Assembly (NCBI GenBank): GCA_965261085.1
Contig: OZ253442.1
Coordinates: 128,001-192,000, forward strand
Length of the DNA: 64,000 bases
Direction: 5' to 3'
From: a bacterium
Lineage (GTDB): Bacteria; UBA8248
The notes beneath the pieces were generated by a model. That model did no database searches. It was not told the DNA's origin and worked only from the letters and a program-made list of their open reading frames with translations. Shown one piece after another: positions 1 through 9,894 of this stretch. Each line of letters opens with the position of its first letter. Position 1 is the stretch's first letter. The position numbers and the translations under genes were made by a program.

Positions 1-62
1 TCGCCATCTCTTAGCTTCTCAATCAAAGACAACAAAACGGCAGCTCTCTCGAATCGCTCCAT
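1..62 (-). CDS. Partial gene (N-terminus MERFERAAVLLSLIEKLRDG..., runs off the window) coupled to the HD protein; possibly YwgA-like
   Basis: ATG at 62 lies 4 nt after the HD-gene stop, preceded by GGGAG; frame stays open to the window edge; not in the ORF track. Confidence 0.6.
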   Translation of the reverse strand, partial: MERFERAAVLLSLIEKLRDG

Positions 63-66
63 GTTT

Positions 67-1404
67 TTAACTCCCTTCGACGGATGAAAGGATTCTCTCC
101 CTATTTTCACTCAGCCAGGCATCGGCCTGATCTCTCATCTCAGGTGAAACGAACACATGATCACAAGATGCCGGTGGAACTCTTGAAAATGTTTCTTTCT
201 CGCTCGTTGCTTCCGTGATTCTCGCGCCTCGTATGAGAACCGGAAAGTTATTTTCGCTACTCTCCTGAGTTACTTGGACATGTTTCACATTTTCCTTACC
301 AAATTCCTTGGATACGGCCTCATATGTTTTCTTGCCCGGTTCTAAAAGTTTCCTGTCTTCAGCAGTGGGCCTATAAATGTTTTTGAAATGTCGTCGATGA
401 ACTATACGGTCAGCATATAAATGGGCGGGATCAGATTTATTTCTGGCTGCGGATAACATGGCGGATATTACTTCATTATCCGTATATTTCAAATGTTCTT
501 CATAATCTATCGGAAACATTCCCCCATCCAACCAGGATTTCAAAAAATCCGCCAAGTGCTGATCATAAATGAGCCGGACAGGATGAAAATATATTTGCGA
601 GAACATGAAATACCGCGCGAGCAGTAATGCTTCCGCAGATTCCAAACCACCTTCTTCGACACCCAAAACTGGTTCTTCAGAACCATAAGTTCTTTTTTGA
701 GAATCATCCATTCCTTCTTTCGGCAATATCCTCATCGTATCAATCAAACGGTAATGATCAAATTTTCCGTAAGCAACGCCCGTGTGATACGAATCCCGCA
801 ATAAATAATCCATCCTGTCGGCACCGAAAACATCTCCTGTGATAATTTCCGATAAAATACTTTCCCACACATCTAGCTCAACTCCCATATAGGCTTTCGA
901 TTTCTTAGAGCCAATCGCCAATTTCGCAACATGCTCTGGCTGCACATCAATTTCTTTCCAGATATCCGACATTTCCTCGCTCAAAATTACTTTCATCGTT
1001 ATGCGTTCATGATCCCAACCCTCTGGTAACAATTCTTCTGAAACATGGGAAAATGGAAGATGCCCCAGGTCATGGCACAATGCCGCAAGTCTCAACGTCC
1101 TTTTCCATTTTAGATGCTCTAATTCTCTATATTTTGGAATGATATCCCTAACAGCTTTTGATTCCTGATAAATATTTTCCGGTTCCGTCACGACATCATA
1201 AATCCTGCTGGCGAGCTCCATCACACCAAGCGAATGCTCGAATCTCTTGTGGGTTGCACCTGGATAGACGAGATAGGTTAGGGCCAGTTGGTGAATATGG
1301 CGCAATCGCTGAAAGGGAGGCGAATCAAGAATTTTCCTCTCATCAGAATCCAGTCTGATGAACACATGGATGGGATCTCGTATTTCGTGAATATTTTTTG
1401 CCAT
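67..1404 (-). CDS. HD-domain phosphohydrolase (SAMHD1/YwfO-like dNTP triphosphohydrolase family)
   Basis: IRDPIH, FQRLRHIHQL..YLVYPGATHKRFEHSLG, LCHDLGH, ADRMDYLLRDS and IYFHP motifs; AT-richer than its neighbours. Confidence 0.9.
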   Translation of the reverse strand: MAKNIHEIRDPIHVFIRLDSDERKILDSPPFQRLRHIHQLALTYLVYPGATHKRFEHSLGVMELASRIYDVVTEPENIYQESKAVRDIIPKYRELEHLKWKRTLRLAALCHDLGHLPFSHVSEELLPEGWDHERITMKVILSEEMSDIWKEIDVQPEHVAKLAIGSKKSKAYMGVELDVWESILSEIITGDVFGADRMDYLLRDSYHTGVAYGKFDHYRLIDTMRILPKEGMDDSQKRTYGSEEPVLGVEEGGLESAEALLLARYFMFSQIYFHPVRLIYDQHLADFLKSWLDGGMFPIDYEEHLKYTDNEVISAMLSAARNKSDPAHLYADRIVHRRHFKNIYRPTAEDRKLLEPGKKTYEAVSKEFGKENVKHVQVTQESSENNFPVLIRGARITEATSEKETFSRVPPASCDHVFVSPEMRDQADAWLSENRERILSSVEGS

Positions 1405-1549
1405 GGGAAAAGAATACCATACTTTCGTTTTATTGTCGCTAACTAATTCACGAGATTCATATTAGGTTTGTCACCCAAGAAAGAGCTTAGATAGCAAAAT
1501 GAGTAAAACCATCATATATTCCGCTCACACAAAATCAAACCTTTCCCCC

Positions 1550-2077
1550 TCACGTCACGGGCGGTATCTCGAAGGCGTTCAGGGTCAAGGAGATGGCCGA
1601 ATAAAAGCCCACGAGGGCGGTGAGGTCGACCACGCCCTTCTCCCCGAGCAGAGAAAACGCCTCCTGGTAGAGGGCTTCGGACACCTTTCGAGTTTCGAGC
1701 AATTCGGCGCAATACCTGTGAACGCAAAGCTCGAGGGGGGTGCCCTCGGTGGGCGTTTCCTGCGCCATCACGGCGGCCACGAGAGCGGGCGTCAGACCGC
1801 TGGCGAGAGCCTGCGCCTCGTGGGCGGCGTAGGCGTAGGTCGCCCCCCAGTGGCGCGTGGTGATGATAATGGTGAGTTCGCGGATGTCTTCGGTGATGAC
1901 GCTTTCTTCTAAATAAAACTTCATCAGCCCGCGCTGGGCGATGACGAGGCCCGGGCTGCGTACCCAGACGCCGAAAGGCCCGCGCACGCCGCCGCGCTGG
2001 TGGGCGATGAGAGCCTCATACGCATCTCGTTGACGGGGCGGCATGTTTTCCGGTGCAAGCGGTGCAAGACGGCTCAT
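1550..2077 (-). CDS. Carboxymuconolactone decarboxylase (CMD/AhpD-like) family protein
   Basis: RGPFGVWVRSP, RELTII, AHEAQALASGL and GVVDLTALVGFY are typical of the family; GGAGAG RBS before ATG 2077. Confidence 0.75.
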   Translation of the reverse strand: MSRLAPLAPENMPPRQRDAYEALIAHQRGGVRGPFGVWVRSPGLVIAQRGLMKFYLEESVITEDIRELTIIITTRHWGATYAYAAHEAQALASGLTPALVAAVMAQETPTEGTPLELCVHRYCAELLETRKVSEALYQEAFSLLGEKGVVDLTALVGFYSAISLTLNAFEIPPVT

Positions 2078-2165
2078 CGGCAACTCTCCTTATGGCGTTG
2101 TTCATCCAGAAATTTTGCTACAATGGCGAAAACATCCTTTTCTCTCATTCCTAGCGAGGTATCTC

Positions 2166-2591
2166 ATGAACTTCGAAGATGCAAGGCCGTTTATGGAGAA
2201 AAGCCACAAGGGCATGGTCACAACCTTAAGGCCGGACGGCTCGGCGCAATCGAGCATCATCGTGTGCGGAGCCTATGAGGATTGCGCCGCGTTCGTCATC
2301 GTGCGCGGCCGGTCGGTGAAGCTCAAGAACCTGCGCGCGAACCCGCAGTGCACGGTGCTCTACGTCACCCCCGACTGGCGCACTTGGGTGAGCGTGGAGG
2401 GCAAGGCCAGACTGTTCGACTACGAGAATACCGAAAAAGAGCAAATGCGCGTGATGTTCCGCGAGGTGTTTCGCGCCTGCGGGGATTCGGACCATTCCGA
2501 TTGGGAAGAATACGACCAGGCGATGGTGGATCAGGGCGCGGTCGCCGTGCTGGTCACGCCCGAGCGCGTCTACGGGCGTCTGCCGGCTTAA
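2166..2591 (+). CDS. PPOX-class (pyridoxamine 5'-phosphate oxidase-like, probably F420-dependent) oxidoreductase
   Basis: TTLRPDGSAQSS, KLKNLRANPQCT, WVSVEGKA, DWEEYDQAM and TPERVYG; GAGG RBS before ATG 2166. Confidence 0.8.
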   Translation: MNFEDARPFMEKSHKGMVTTLRPDGSAQSSIIVCGAYEDCAAFVIVRGRSVKLKNLRANPQCTVLYVTPDWRTWVSVEGKARLFDYENTEKEQMRVMFREVFRACGDSDHSDWEEYDQAMVDQGAVAVLVTPERVYGRLPA

Positions 2592-3517
2592 TTTTCGAGC
2601 GATCCCACAAAAGCGGCGATTCCCTCATCAAGTGTGTAGCGGGGCCGCCAGCCGGTTTTTTGCTCGAACGCGCGCGCGTCGAGACCGATTCTGAACACCT
2701 CGCCCGCGCGCAGTGGGGCGCGCTCAACGCTTACGGGTTTTTTACCCAAGTGACGGCAGAGGACTTCCAGCAGCGTCTCCACTTCGGTGACGACGCCGGT
2801 GCCGATGTTATAGACCCCGCCGTCCACACCACCCTTCCCCGCCGTCATGAAAGCCGCGACCACGTCTCTCACGTAGACGTAATCCCGCCCCGCGCGTCCG
2901 TGCCCGTAGAGAGTAAGGGGCTCACCCCTGATGAGTTTTTCCGCGAAAATCGATATCACGCCCGCATCCAGGTCCGCGCGCTGCCTCGGCCCGTATACGT
3001 TGGCGAGGCGCAGCGATACGGCGCGCAGCCCGAAATGCTCCCCGTAGAAAGTGAGATACCGCTCGCCCGTCACCTTGCTCATCCCGTAGTGGGAAGCGGG
3101 GGCGAGCGGACAGCCCTCGTCCACAATCTCTTCTTCGGGGTCGCCGTAGCACGCCCCGCCCGTGGCGGCGTAGACGACTCTCGGCTGCGTATCGACGCTT
3201 CTGGCCGCTTCCAGGACGCTGAGCGTGCCCATGACGTTCACGCGCGCGTCGCGTGAGGGATCGGCCAGGCTGTGCGTCACGCTCGCCTGGGCCGCCAGAT
3301 GGTGGATGACCGCCGGGCGAATCTCTCTCACCAGACGGCGCATGAACCCCGCATCGGCCACGTCGCCCTCTTGAAATACGACTCCCGGGGGGAGGTTCGC
3401 TGCTTCGCCGGAAGCGAGATTATCCACCACCCAGACGGAATCGCCCGCTTCCAAACAGGCCTCCGCTACATGGGAGCCGACGAACCCGGCCCCTCCCGTC
3501 ACCAACACGTTCGCCAT
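2588..3517 (-). CDS. NAD-dependent epimerase/dehydratase (UDP-glucose 4-epimerase-like)
   Basis: VLVTGGAGFVGSH, HLAAQASV, YGMSK (YxxxK), NVYGPRQ and RDYVYV. Confidence 0.9.
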   Translation of the reverse strand: MANVLVTGGAGFVGSHVAEACLEAGDSVWVVDNLASGEAANLPPGVVFQEGDVADAGFMRRLVREIRPAVIHHLAAQASVTHSLADPSRDARVNVMGTLSVLEAARSVDTQPRVVYAATGGACYGDPEEEIVDEGCPLAPASHYGMSKVTGERYLTFYGEHFGLRAVSLRLANVYGPRQRADLDAGVISIFAEKLIRGEPLTLYGHGRAGRDYVYVRDVVAAFMTAGKGGVDGGVYNIGTGVVTEVETLLEVLCRHLGKKPVSVERAPLRAGEVFRIGLDARAFEQKTGWRPRYTLDEGIAAFVGSLEN

Positions 3518-3673
3518 GTGAAATCCCAACCCATGTCATATCAAAATACGGTATACCAGTATGAAACCAACCATTGCGGATCGCGGCGTGAATTTCAACC
3601 ACAAACCCCACTTTGCCGGAATGACGGATATCTTCGATTCAGGGATTGCCCTGCGATCCGCCTTCCAGAATCG

Positions 3674-4145
3674 CTCCCCCCTTGAGGGTCATTTCCGACT
3701 AATGCAAGAGGGAATGTCGTAGAAGCCGAGCGTTTTGTGCGAAGGCTGATGCGGTGGGGGGTCAACTCGACCGATGAGGGGCTGTTGAAAAAGCCTTTGT
3801 CAAGGGAGCAACCCCCCTGTCCCCCCTTGTCAGGGGGGTAAAGGCGATGCCCCCCGACGAGGGGGTGGAAGAAAAGCCCCCCTGACAAGGGGGGACAGGG
3901 GGGTTGCTTTTACCAGTCGAAAGGGGTGTCCCCTCTACTCTCTAAAAAGGGGTCTTTTTCAACAACCCCATGAGAGAGGGTTTGCTGCGGATGAGAAACT
4001 AATCGGTACGCAATTCCTAGCTTCTCGCTCGAAAGAATTCCTCCTTCTTCAGTCGGAATTCACCCCCCACCGGCGCGACCTCAGGCTTCGCCCTCGTCTT
4101 GCCGACGGACTTTCCCCTCGGAAAGCCCGACCCTCAAGGGGGGAG
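3674..4145. repeat. Inverted pair of REP-like GC-rich elements bounding the intergenic region
   Basis: CTCCCCCCTTGAGGGTC (3674-3690) is the exact reverse complement of GACCCTCAAGGGGGGAG (4129-4145); there are further internal complementary blocks (CGGTGGGGGG / CCCCCCACCG). Confidence 0.7.
3778..3969. mobile_element. MITE-like non-autonomous element (192 bp) with 18-bp terminal inverted repeats and a 4-bp target duplication
   Basis: Left end GGGGCTGTTGAAAAAGCC vs right end reverse complement GGGGTTGTTGAAAAAGAC (16/18); ATGA directly flanks both ends (3774-3777, 3970-3973); internal perfect 32-bp inverted repeat (3807-3838 / 3877-3908). Confidence 0.75.
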
Positions 4146-4261
4146 TAATTCCAAACAAGAGGAAAACCCGCAGTCGCACCGGTCGTTTTGCCTGAACCAC
4201 CCGCTCCTGATAGCCTTGGCACCGGTTCCTGCGCAAACAGGCATATTGGGAGAAAACCGGA

Positions 4262-5257
4262 TTGGCCAGATACCTCGTCACGGGCGCTGCGGGCTTCATC
4301 GCCTCGAGAGTTTGTGAATTTCTGATGGATGGAGGCCACGCCGTCGTCGGCCTGGACGACATGAACGACGCCTACGACACCCGGCTGAAAGACTACCGGC
4401 TCGCGCGCCTGAAAGCGCAGCCCGGCTTTGTTTTTCACCAAATGGATATCGCCCGTCTCGACTCCTTGCGCGCGTTGTTCGCGGAAAACGCCAGCGGCGG
4501 CGCGCCGCCTTTCGACGCCGTGCTGAACCTGGCCGCGCGCGCAGGGGTGCGGCAATCCATCGAGAACCCCTGGGCGTATTTCGAAACCAACGTCACCGGT
4601 GCGCTGAACCTCCTCGAATTGTGCAAGGATTTCGGCGTCATGAAGTTCGTGCTCTCCTCCACCTCGAGCGCCTATGGAGCGGGGGCGCCCATGCCGTTTC
4701 GAGAGGACGCCCCGAGCGACAGGCCGCTTTCCCCCTATGCGGCTTCCAAAATAGCGGCCGAAGCGCTCTGCCACACCTATCACCATCTGTTCTGGATCGA
4801 CGTGACGGTGCTGCGCTATTTCACCGTCTACGGCCCGGCCGGGCGGCCCGACATGAGCCTTTTCCGCTTCACGCAGTGGATAGCCGAGGGAAAGCCCGTT
4901 CTCGTCTATGGCGACGGAACGCAAGCGCGCGATTTCACATATGTGGACGACATCGCCCGGGGCACGATTGCGGCCTTAAAGCCGGTTTCTTATGAAATCA
5001 TCAACTTGGGATCGGATGAGCCCGTCGTCTTGAACGAGGCGATCACCCGCATCGAAGCCCTGGTGGAGAAAAAAGCCCACATCCGCCATGAGGAGAGCAA
5101 CCCCGCCGACGTCAAGGCCACGTGGGCGAACATCGAGAAGGCGGAGAGGCTGCTGGGCTGGCGGCCCCGGGTGAGGCTCCGAGAGGGCCTCGCGCATCTG
5201 GTGGAGTGGTACACCGCCAACCGCGAATGGGCGAAAGAGGTCCGAACCGACGAGTGA
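4262..5257 (+). CDS. NAD-dependent epimerase (UDP-glucuronate 4-epimerase-like)
   Basis: LVTGAAGFI, NLAARAGVRQS, SPYAASK and LRYFTVYGPAGRPDM. Confidence 0.9.
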   Translation: MARYLVTGAAGFIASRVCEFLMDGGHAVVGLDDMNDAYDTRLKDYRLARLKAQPGFVFHQMDIARLDSLRALFAENASGGAPPFDAVLNLAARAGVRQSIENPWAYFETNVTGALNLLELCKDFGVMKFVLSSTSSAYGAGAPMPFREDAPSDRPLSPYAASKIAAEALCHTYHHLFWIDVTVLRYFTVYGPAGRPDMSLFRFTQWIAEGKPVLVYGDGTQARDFTYVDDIARGTIAALKPVSYEIINLGSDEPVVLNEAITRIEALVEKKAHIRHEESNPADVKATWANIEKAERLLGWRPRVRLREGLAHLVEWYTANREWAKEVRTDE

Positions 5258-5361
5258 AACCCGGGCGCTTCGGCGCTTTCTTTTGCGCCACGCGTTACCG
5301 CTTAGGAGCTTGATGCACTAAATTGGCCGGAAAACTTCACCCACTACCGGCAGGAGATGAT

Positions 5362-6396
5362 ATGAAAGCGATGGTATTGGCGGAACCGGGCGCGCCCTTT
5401 GTACTGGAGGAGCGGCCCATCCCCGTAGCGGGACCCGGCGAGGCCGTGGCGCGCGTGCTGGCCTGCGGCGCGGGCCTTACTATTGAACACACCCGGGCGG
5501 GCCGCATGGGCGGAAATTTTCCGCTCGTGATAGGCCACGAAATCACGGGCGAGATCACCCAAGTGGGCGCGGGCGTGGAGGGGCTCAGGGAAGGCGCGCC
5601 CGTGACGGCGTATTACTATTTCACCTGCGGGCGCTGCCGCTGGTGCCGCATCAACCGCGAGACCTTGTGCGAGAATCTCGCCGGCCAGGTCGGCCGCCAG
5701 ATGGACGGCGGCTACGCCGAGTACATCAAGCTGCCCGCCCGGAATTTCATCCCCCTGCCCGAGGAGCTGGACTACAAGGCGCATCCCGCCGAGGTCGGCG
5801 TCATCTCGGACGCCATAGCCACGCCGTACAAGGTGATCGGCCACGCGGGAATTCGCCCGATGGAGAACGTGGCCGTGGTGGGCGCGGGCGGCGGCGTGGG
5901 AATCCACATGGTGATGATGGCGCGCTGGGCGGGCGCGCGCGTCATCGCCGTCGATATCGCGGCCGAAAAACTGGGCAAATGCCGCGACATGGGCGCGCAC
6001 GAGACGGTGGATGCGTCTCAGGAAAACCTGGGCGAGGCGCTGCGGGATTTGACCGGGGGGGCGGGCGTGGACGTCGTCGTCGATTTCGTCTGCACCGCAG
6101 AGGGTGTCGAGGGCGGGTTGCGCGGACTGGGCAAGGGGGGCCGCTTCCTCGCCATGGGCGCCAACCGGATAGAGCGCTTCCCCTTTTCTCCCCGGGAGTT
6201 GCTTCGCGAGGAACAGCAGATCATGGGCAGCCGCTACGCCACCAAGCAGGAGGTCATCGACTCGCTCGAACTCGTGGCGCGCGGCGAGGCCTGGCCGCTG
6301 GTGAGCGAAACCTACCCGCTCGAAGAAGCCAACCTCGTACATGAACGCTTGAAAGAGGGCCGCGTCACCGGACGCGCCGCTCTGGTGATGTCTTAG
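5362..6396 (+). CDS. Zinc-binding alcohol dehydrogenase family protein
   Basis: GHEITG, structural Zn motif CGRCRWC...C, GAGGGVG; GGAG RBS before ATG 5362. Confidence 0.9.
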   Translation: MKAMVLAEPGAPFVLEERPIPVAGPGEAVARVLACGAGLTIEHTRAGRMGGNFPLVIGHEITGEITQVGAGVEGLREGAPVTAYYYFTCGRCRWCRINRETLCENLAGQVGRQMDGGYAEYIKLPARNFIPLPEELDYKAHPAEVGVISDAIATPYKVIGHAGIRPMENVAVVGAGGGVGIHMVMMARWAGARVIAVDIAAEKLGKCRDMGAHETVDASQENLGEALRDLTGGAGVDVVVDFVCTAEGVEGGLRGLGKGGRFLAMGANRIERFPFSPRELLREEQQIMGSRYATKQEVIDSLELVARGEAWPLVSETYPLEEANLVHERLKEGRVTGRAALVMS

Positions 6397-6503
6397 ACCC
6401 AAGAGACGCTTTCAGGTGGTCGGGGAAACGCACCCTGTGAGAGAGAAGCGGCGAAGGGCGACACCGGCTCGGCACGAGAAAGGCGACGGCGTCACAGAAC
6501 GAT

Positions 6504-7526
6504 TCATTTTATCTTCTGGTAAATACCAGCGCCAACCACGAAAAGTTGATCTCTGTCCGGCAAGGTAAAGCCTATGGCGTAGCTTTGTTTGGGCGAACCG
6601 GCGGCTTCGTCTCCTTTCACAGCCGGATTGTCCCAATAATAATCGACGAAGCCGCCTCCCGCTTTCGCCGCACCGATCAAACCTCTAATGAATTTGAATC
6701 CATTTATGTCTTTATAACCAAGCACGGTTTTACCCTCTTCGGATTGAGTACCCCCGTGAAAAAGCACGAAACCCTCATCGCTTATCACGAAGACATACAT
6801 GGAGCCGGACTTCCAATGCCCTCCCTCTACCCTGAATGCATTCTTCACGTGTGCGAGATTGGAGTAGTCTTTGCTGAGCAGGGCCTTGCGAAAAGTCAGG
6901 AGCGCTTCTCGCACGAATATCTTCAACGTTTCTTTACTCTTCACTTCACTGGCCGTTATCTTGGGACGCTCCATCTTGGGGATTTTGGTAACTACATTCG
7001 ATACATCCTGATAATAGCCACCGACCAGGATGAGGTTTTTGCCCGACAAGCCTGAAACATATCCGACGGCGTAGCTCAACTTGGGATTGGCATCCCCTTC
7101 CACCGAGGGATCGTCCCAATGATAATCGACAAAGTCGCCACCCCTGGCAGCCGCGGCGAGGAGTTCTTCCACCACTTTCTTTCCTTTGCCGTCTTCGACG
7201 TCAATCAGGTTTTTGTTCTCTATTTTGGCATCACCTCCGTGGAGGAGGACCGCGCCGCTTTTGAGTAGAATAGAGAGGAACATGGAGCCAGACTTCCACT
7301 CCCCCTCGGCCCTGAAGATATCACGGAGTTTTGCAGTCTCGGTAAGAGTGCGAATCCCCTCCAGAAACTTTTTCCCCCGGAGGACAAAGGCCTTCAGGGT
7401 TTTCCGATCCACGACCTCACCGGCTGATATCTTCCGGCCCTGAGCTACGGCGGGGCGCACGTCACAGAAAACACCGAGTAGCCCCAAGATACCGACCAAA
7501 GATATCACCAACACCATTCGCTTCAT
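6504..7526 (-). CDS. Secreted protein with two tandem single-Cache-like domains
   Basis: Signal peptide (MKRMVLVISLVGILG...AVA), then two homologous halves each with WKSGSM..., LHGG/FHGG, D..G, GG.FVDY.WD.P.V.GD and PK.SYA. Confidence 0.75.
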   Translation of the reverse strand: MKRMVLVISLVGILGLLGVFCDVRPAVAQGRKISAGEVVDRKTLKAFVLRGKKFLEGIRTLTETAKLRDIFRAEGEWKSGSMFLSILLKSGAVLLHGGDAKIENKNLIDVEDGKGKKVVEELLAAAARGGDFVDYHWDDPSVEGDANPKLSYAVGYVSGLSGKNLILVGGYYQDVSNVVTKIPKMERPKITASEVKSKETLKIFVREALLTFRKALLSKDYSNLAHVKNAFRVEGGHWKSGSMYVFVISDEGFVLFHGGTQSEEGKTVLGYKDINGFKFIRGLIGAAKAGGGFVDYYWDNPAVKGDEAAGSPKQSYAIGFTLPDRDQLFVVGAGIYQKIK

Positions 7527-7603
7527 GATAACTCCCTTACTCCGTAAGTTGATGGCATGTATCCACCGCAACGGTCATAGCAGAAACGTCCGGAGGAGAC
7601 CTC

Positions 7604-9064
7604 CTAACCATTCTCCTTCTCCAAAGCCTCCCTGCCGAACCGCTCTATTGTCTCGAGCGTTTCGCGCACGTCGTCCCAGGTCGTATTATGATTGATGATG
7701 CAGAGCCTGAGCGCAAACTTTCCCTTGAGAAGCGTCGATGAGAAGAAGGCTCGGTCGTCCCAGAAGATGCAGGCGAGCATCGTCTTGTTGATCTCCCCCA
7801 GGGCTTCCTCGCCGGGGTCTGATTCCGCCGGATTGACCCGGAAGCACACCACCCCAAGCGAGACGGGCGTCAACATCTCCAGAACCAGGCTCTCGCGAAC
7901 GTACTCCTCGGCACGCTCGGCCAGCTCCATTCCCTTCGAGACGGCTCGGCGGAACGCGGCCATCCCGAAGGTCTGCACCGACATCCAGACTTTCAAGGCC
8001 CGGAACGAGCGGCTCAGTTGCAGGCCGCGATCCGAGAAGTTCGGGTGGTTCGCGCCCCATATCGTATCCTGGAGAATATCGTGCCGCACCGCGAAGGCGC
8101 GCTCAAGCATACTCGTGTCCTTCACGAGCAAGGCGCCCGCCTCGTAGGGCTGAAAGAACCACTTGTGCGCGTCCATTCCAATCGAATCGGCGCGCTCCAT
8201 GCCGCGCATGAGTTCCTTGCCCCGCTCGGTCACGACCGCGAAGCCGCCGTAGGCGGCGTCGACGTGCAGCCAGATGTCTTCCGCCTCGCAGAAATCCGCC
8301 ATCGCCTCGAGCGGGTCGACCGCTCCCGTGCTGACCGCTCCGGCGTTGGCGCACACCGCGATGGGGTGAAGCCCCGCCGCGCGGTCTTCGGCCACGGCGC
8401 GCGCGAGGGCTCCCATATCCAGGCGGAAATCTCCGTCGCTCGGGAGCACCCTGATGCGCTCGGGCTTGACGCCGATGATCCGCACCGCGCGTATGTGGGC
8501 GCTGTGGCTCTGGTCGCTCATGTAGACGCTCGCGCGATCGGGATGCCCCGCGCTTTCACGCGCCGTAACGAAGGCATCCAGGCTGGCCGCCGAGCCTCCG
8601 CTCGTCAGGAGTCCGCCCGCGCCCTCGGGATAGCCGACCCAGCGCCGGAACCAGTCGATGACGACCAATTCGAGCTGGCTCGGGCCGCTCGCGATGAGCC
8701 AGGTGGCCGAGTTGACGTTGAAGCCCGCGGCCAGGAAGTCGGCCAGTACGCCGGGCCAGGTGGGTGAGGTGGGAATGAAGCCGAAGAAGCGGGGATGATC
8801 GTTGCGCCCCGTGAGAGGGAGAATATCGCGCGCGGCCCGCTCGAGAACATCCATCGCCGGCCGTCCCTCCTCGGGCGGAGCCTCCAGCAACTGTTTCTCG
8901 AGTTCCTGCTGGAAATCTCCATCCCAGGCCCCTTCTCCCGGCAGCTTCTCGATTCGCTCCACCAGGAGTTCCGCCGCCCTGCGCGCCAGATCGAGCATCT
9001 CTTCGGGAGCCATCCGGAGATCATCGCCTCCCGGGCCAGACGCTTCTCTTCTTGAGTCTTCCAT
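7604..9064 (-). CDS. PLP-dependent group II decarboxylase (aromatic-L-amino-acid decarboxylase-like)
   Basis: HPRFFGFI, LTSGGS, WLHVDAAYGG, DAHKW (PLP lysine) and LSRSFRALKVW. Confidence 0.9.
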   Translation of the reverse strand: MEDSRREASGPGGDDLRMAPEEMLDLARRAAELLVERIEKLPGEGAWDGDFQQELEKQLLEAPPEEGRPAMDVLERAARDILPLTGRNDHPRFFGFIPTSPTWPGVLADFLAAGFNVNSATWLIASGPSQLELVVIDWFRRWVGYPEGAGGLLTSGGSAASLDAFVTARESAGHPDRASVYMSDQSHSAHIRAVRIIGVKPERIRVLPSDGDFRLDMGALARAVAEDRAAGLHPIAVCANAGAVSTGAVDPLEAMADFCEAEDIWLHVDAAYGGFAVVTERGKELMRGMERADSIGMDAHKWFFQPYEAGALLVKDTSMLERAFAVRHDILQDTIWGANHPNFSDRGLQLSRSFRALKVWMSVQTFGMAAFRRAVSKGMELAERAEEYVRESLVLEMLTPVSLGVVCFRVNPAESDPGEEALGEINKTMLACIFWDDRAFFSSTLLKGKFALRLCIINHNTTWDDVRETLETIERFGREALEKENG

Positions 9065-9338
9065 AGAGCCCCTCCTATCGTCCCAGAATAATTTGGAACA
9101 CATAACGGGTCCGATGGCACTAAAAGTGAATGGAGCCCTCGTTGCTCCATTCCCAACCGGGTTCGGAACTCGAACACATGAATATAAAACATTCTTTCCG
9201 ATTGTATGTCCCGAAACTATGATTAATTCAGATCATCGAGTCAAGATGCCGCTCGAAATTCCCGCTCCCGCCCCGGCCACCGGGCGTATCCGGCGCAAGG
9301 CGCCCACAACTACATTGAACCAACAATAAGGCGATGAG

Positions 9339-9367
9339 TTGCCAAACACGGAGAAATTCTATATGTT
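9339..9367 (+). promoter_or_regulatory. Possible sigma70-type promoter for the STAS gene
   Basis: TTGCCA-N17-TATGTT in an AT-rich intergenic region. Confidence 0.3.
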
Positions 9368-9555
9368 GAGAAGCACTTTTTTCAAAGAAATGGTCCTGTA
9401 TGACTAAGTTGCCTGTCCGAGAATTAGTGGGGTAGACTTGCGTTCATGCAAGAAGAGGTGTTGCGCTAGGTGTATTGAATTTGCTATCTGTTCAAACACC
9501 CTCGGGGTATTGGGTCAATAAAGAAACCTCACGCTGTTGGGAGGCAGAGCCAAGC

Positions 9556-9894
9556 ATGGAAATCAAGACTGAGCAGGAAAACGGGACCTTGGTTGTGCAG
9601 GTTGATGGCCGCATCGACGGGGCTACCGCCCCTGAATTCGAGAGCATGATTAAGAACGTCATCAGCGACGACGACCGCGCCGTCATCGTCAATTTCGAGG
9701 GTGTCTCATATATCAGCAGCGCCGGCCTCCGCGCCGTCCTGCTGGTCGCCAAGCAGCTTAGTCAAAGCAATACGAAGTTCGCCCTGTACGCGCTCGGGGA
9801 ACTGACGCGCGAAGTTTTCGAGATATCCGGTTTCGACCGCATCATCCAGATCCACGGCTCGAAAGCGGACGCGCTCGCCTCAACCGCGAACTGA
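9556..9894 (+). CDS. STAS-domain anti-sigma factor antagonist (RsbV/SpoIIAA-like)
   Basis: GRIDG, YISSAGLRAVL with the phosphoacceptor Ser, VFEISGF; 112 aa. Confidence 0.92.
   Translation: MEIKTEQENGTLVVQVDGRIDGATAPEFESMIKNVISDDDRAVIVNFEGVSYISSAGLRAVLLVAKQLSQSNTKFALYALGELTREVFEISGFDRIIQIHGSKADALASTAN

Noticed and set aside
3595-3888. 97-aa ORF with PPDKGGQGG
   Set aside because: Translation of the palindromic REP/MITE sequence, not a credible gene
5344-6402. 352-aa minus-strand ORF
   Set aside because: Antisense to the zinc alcohol dehydrogenase
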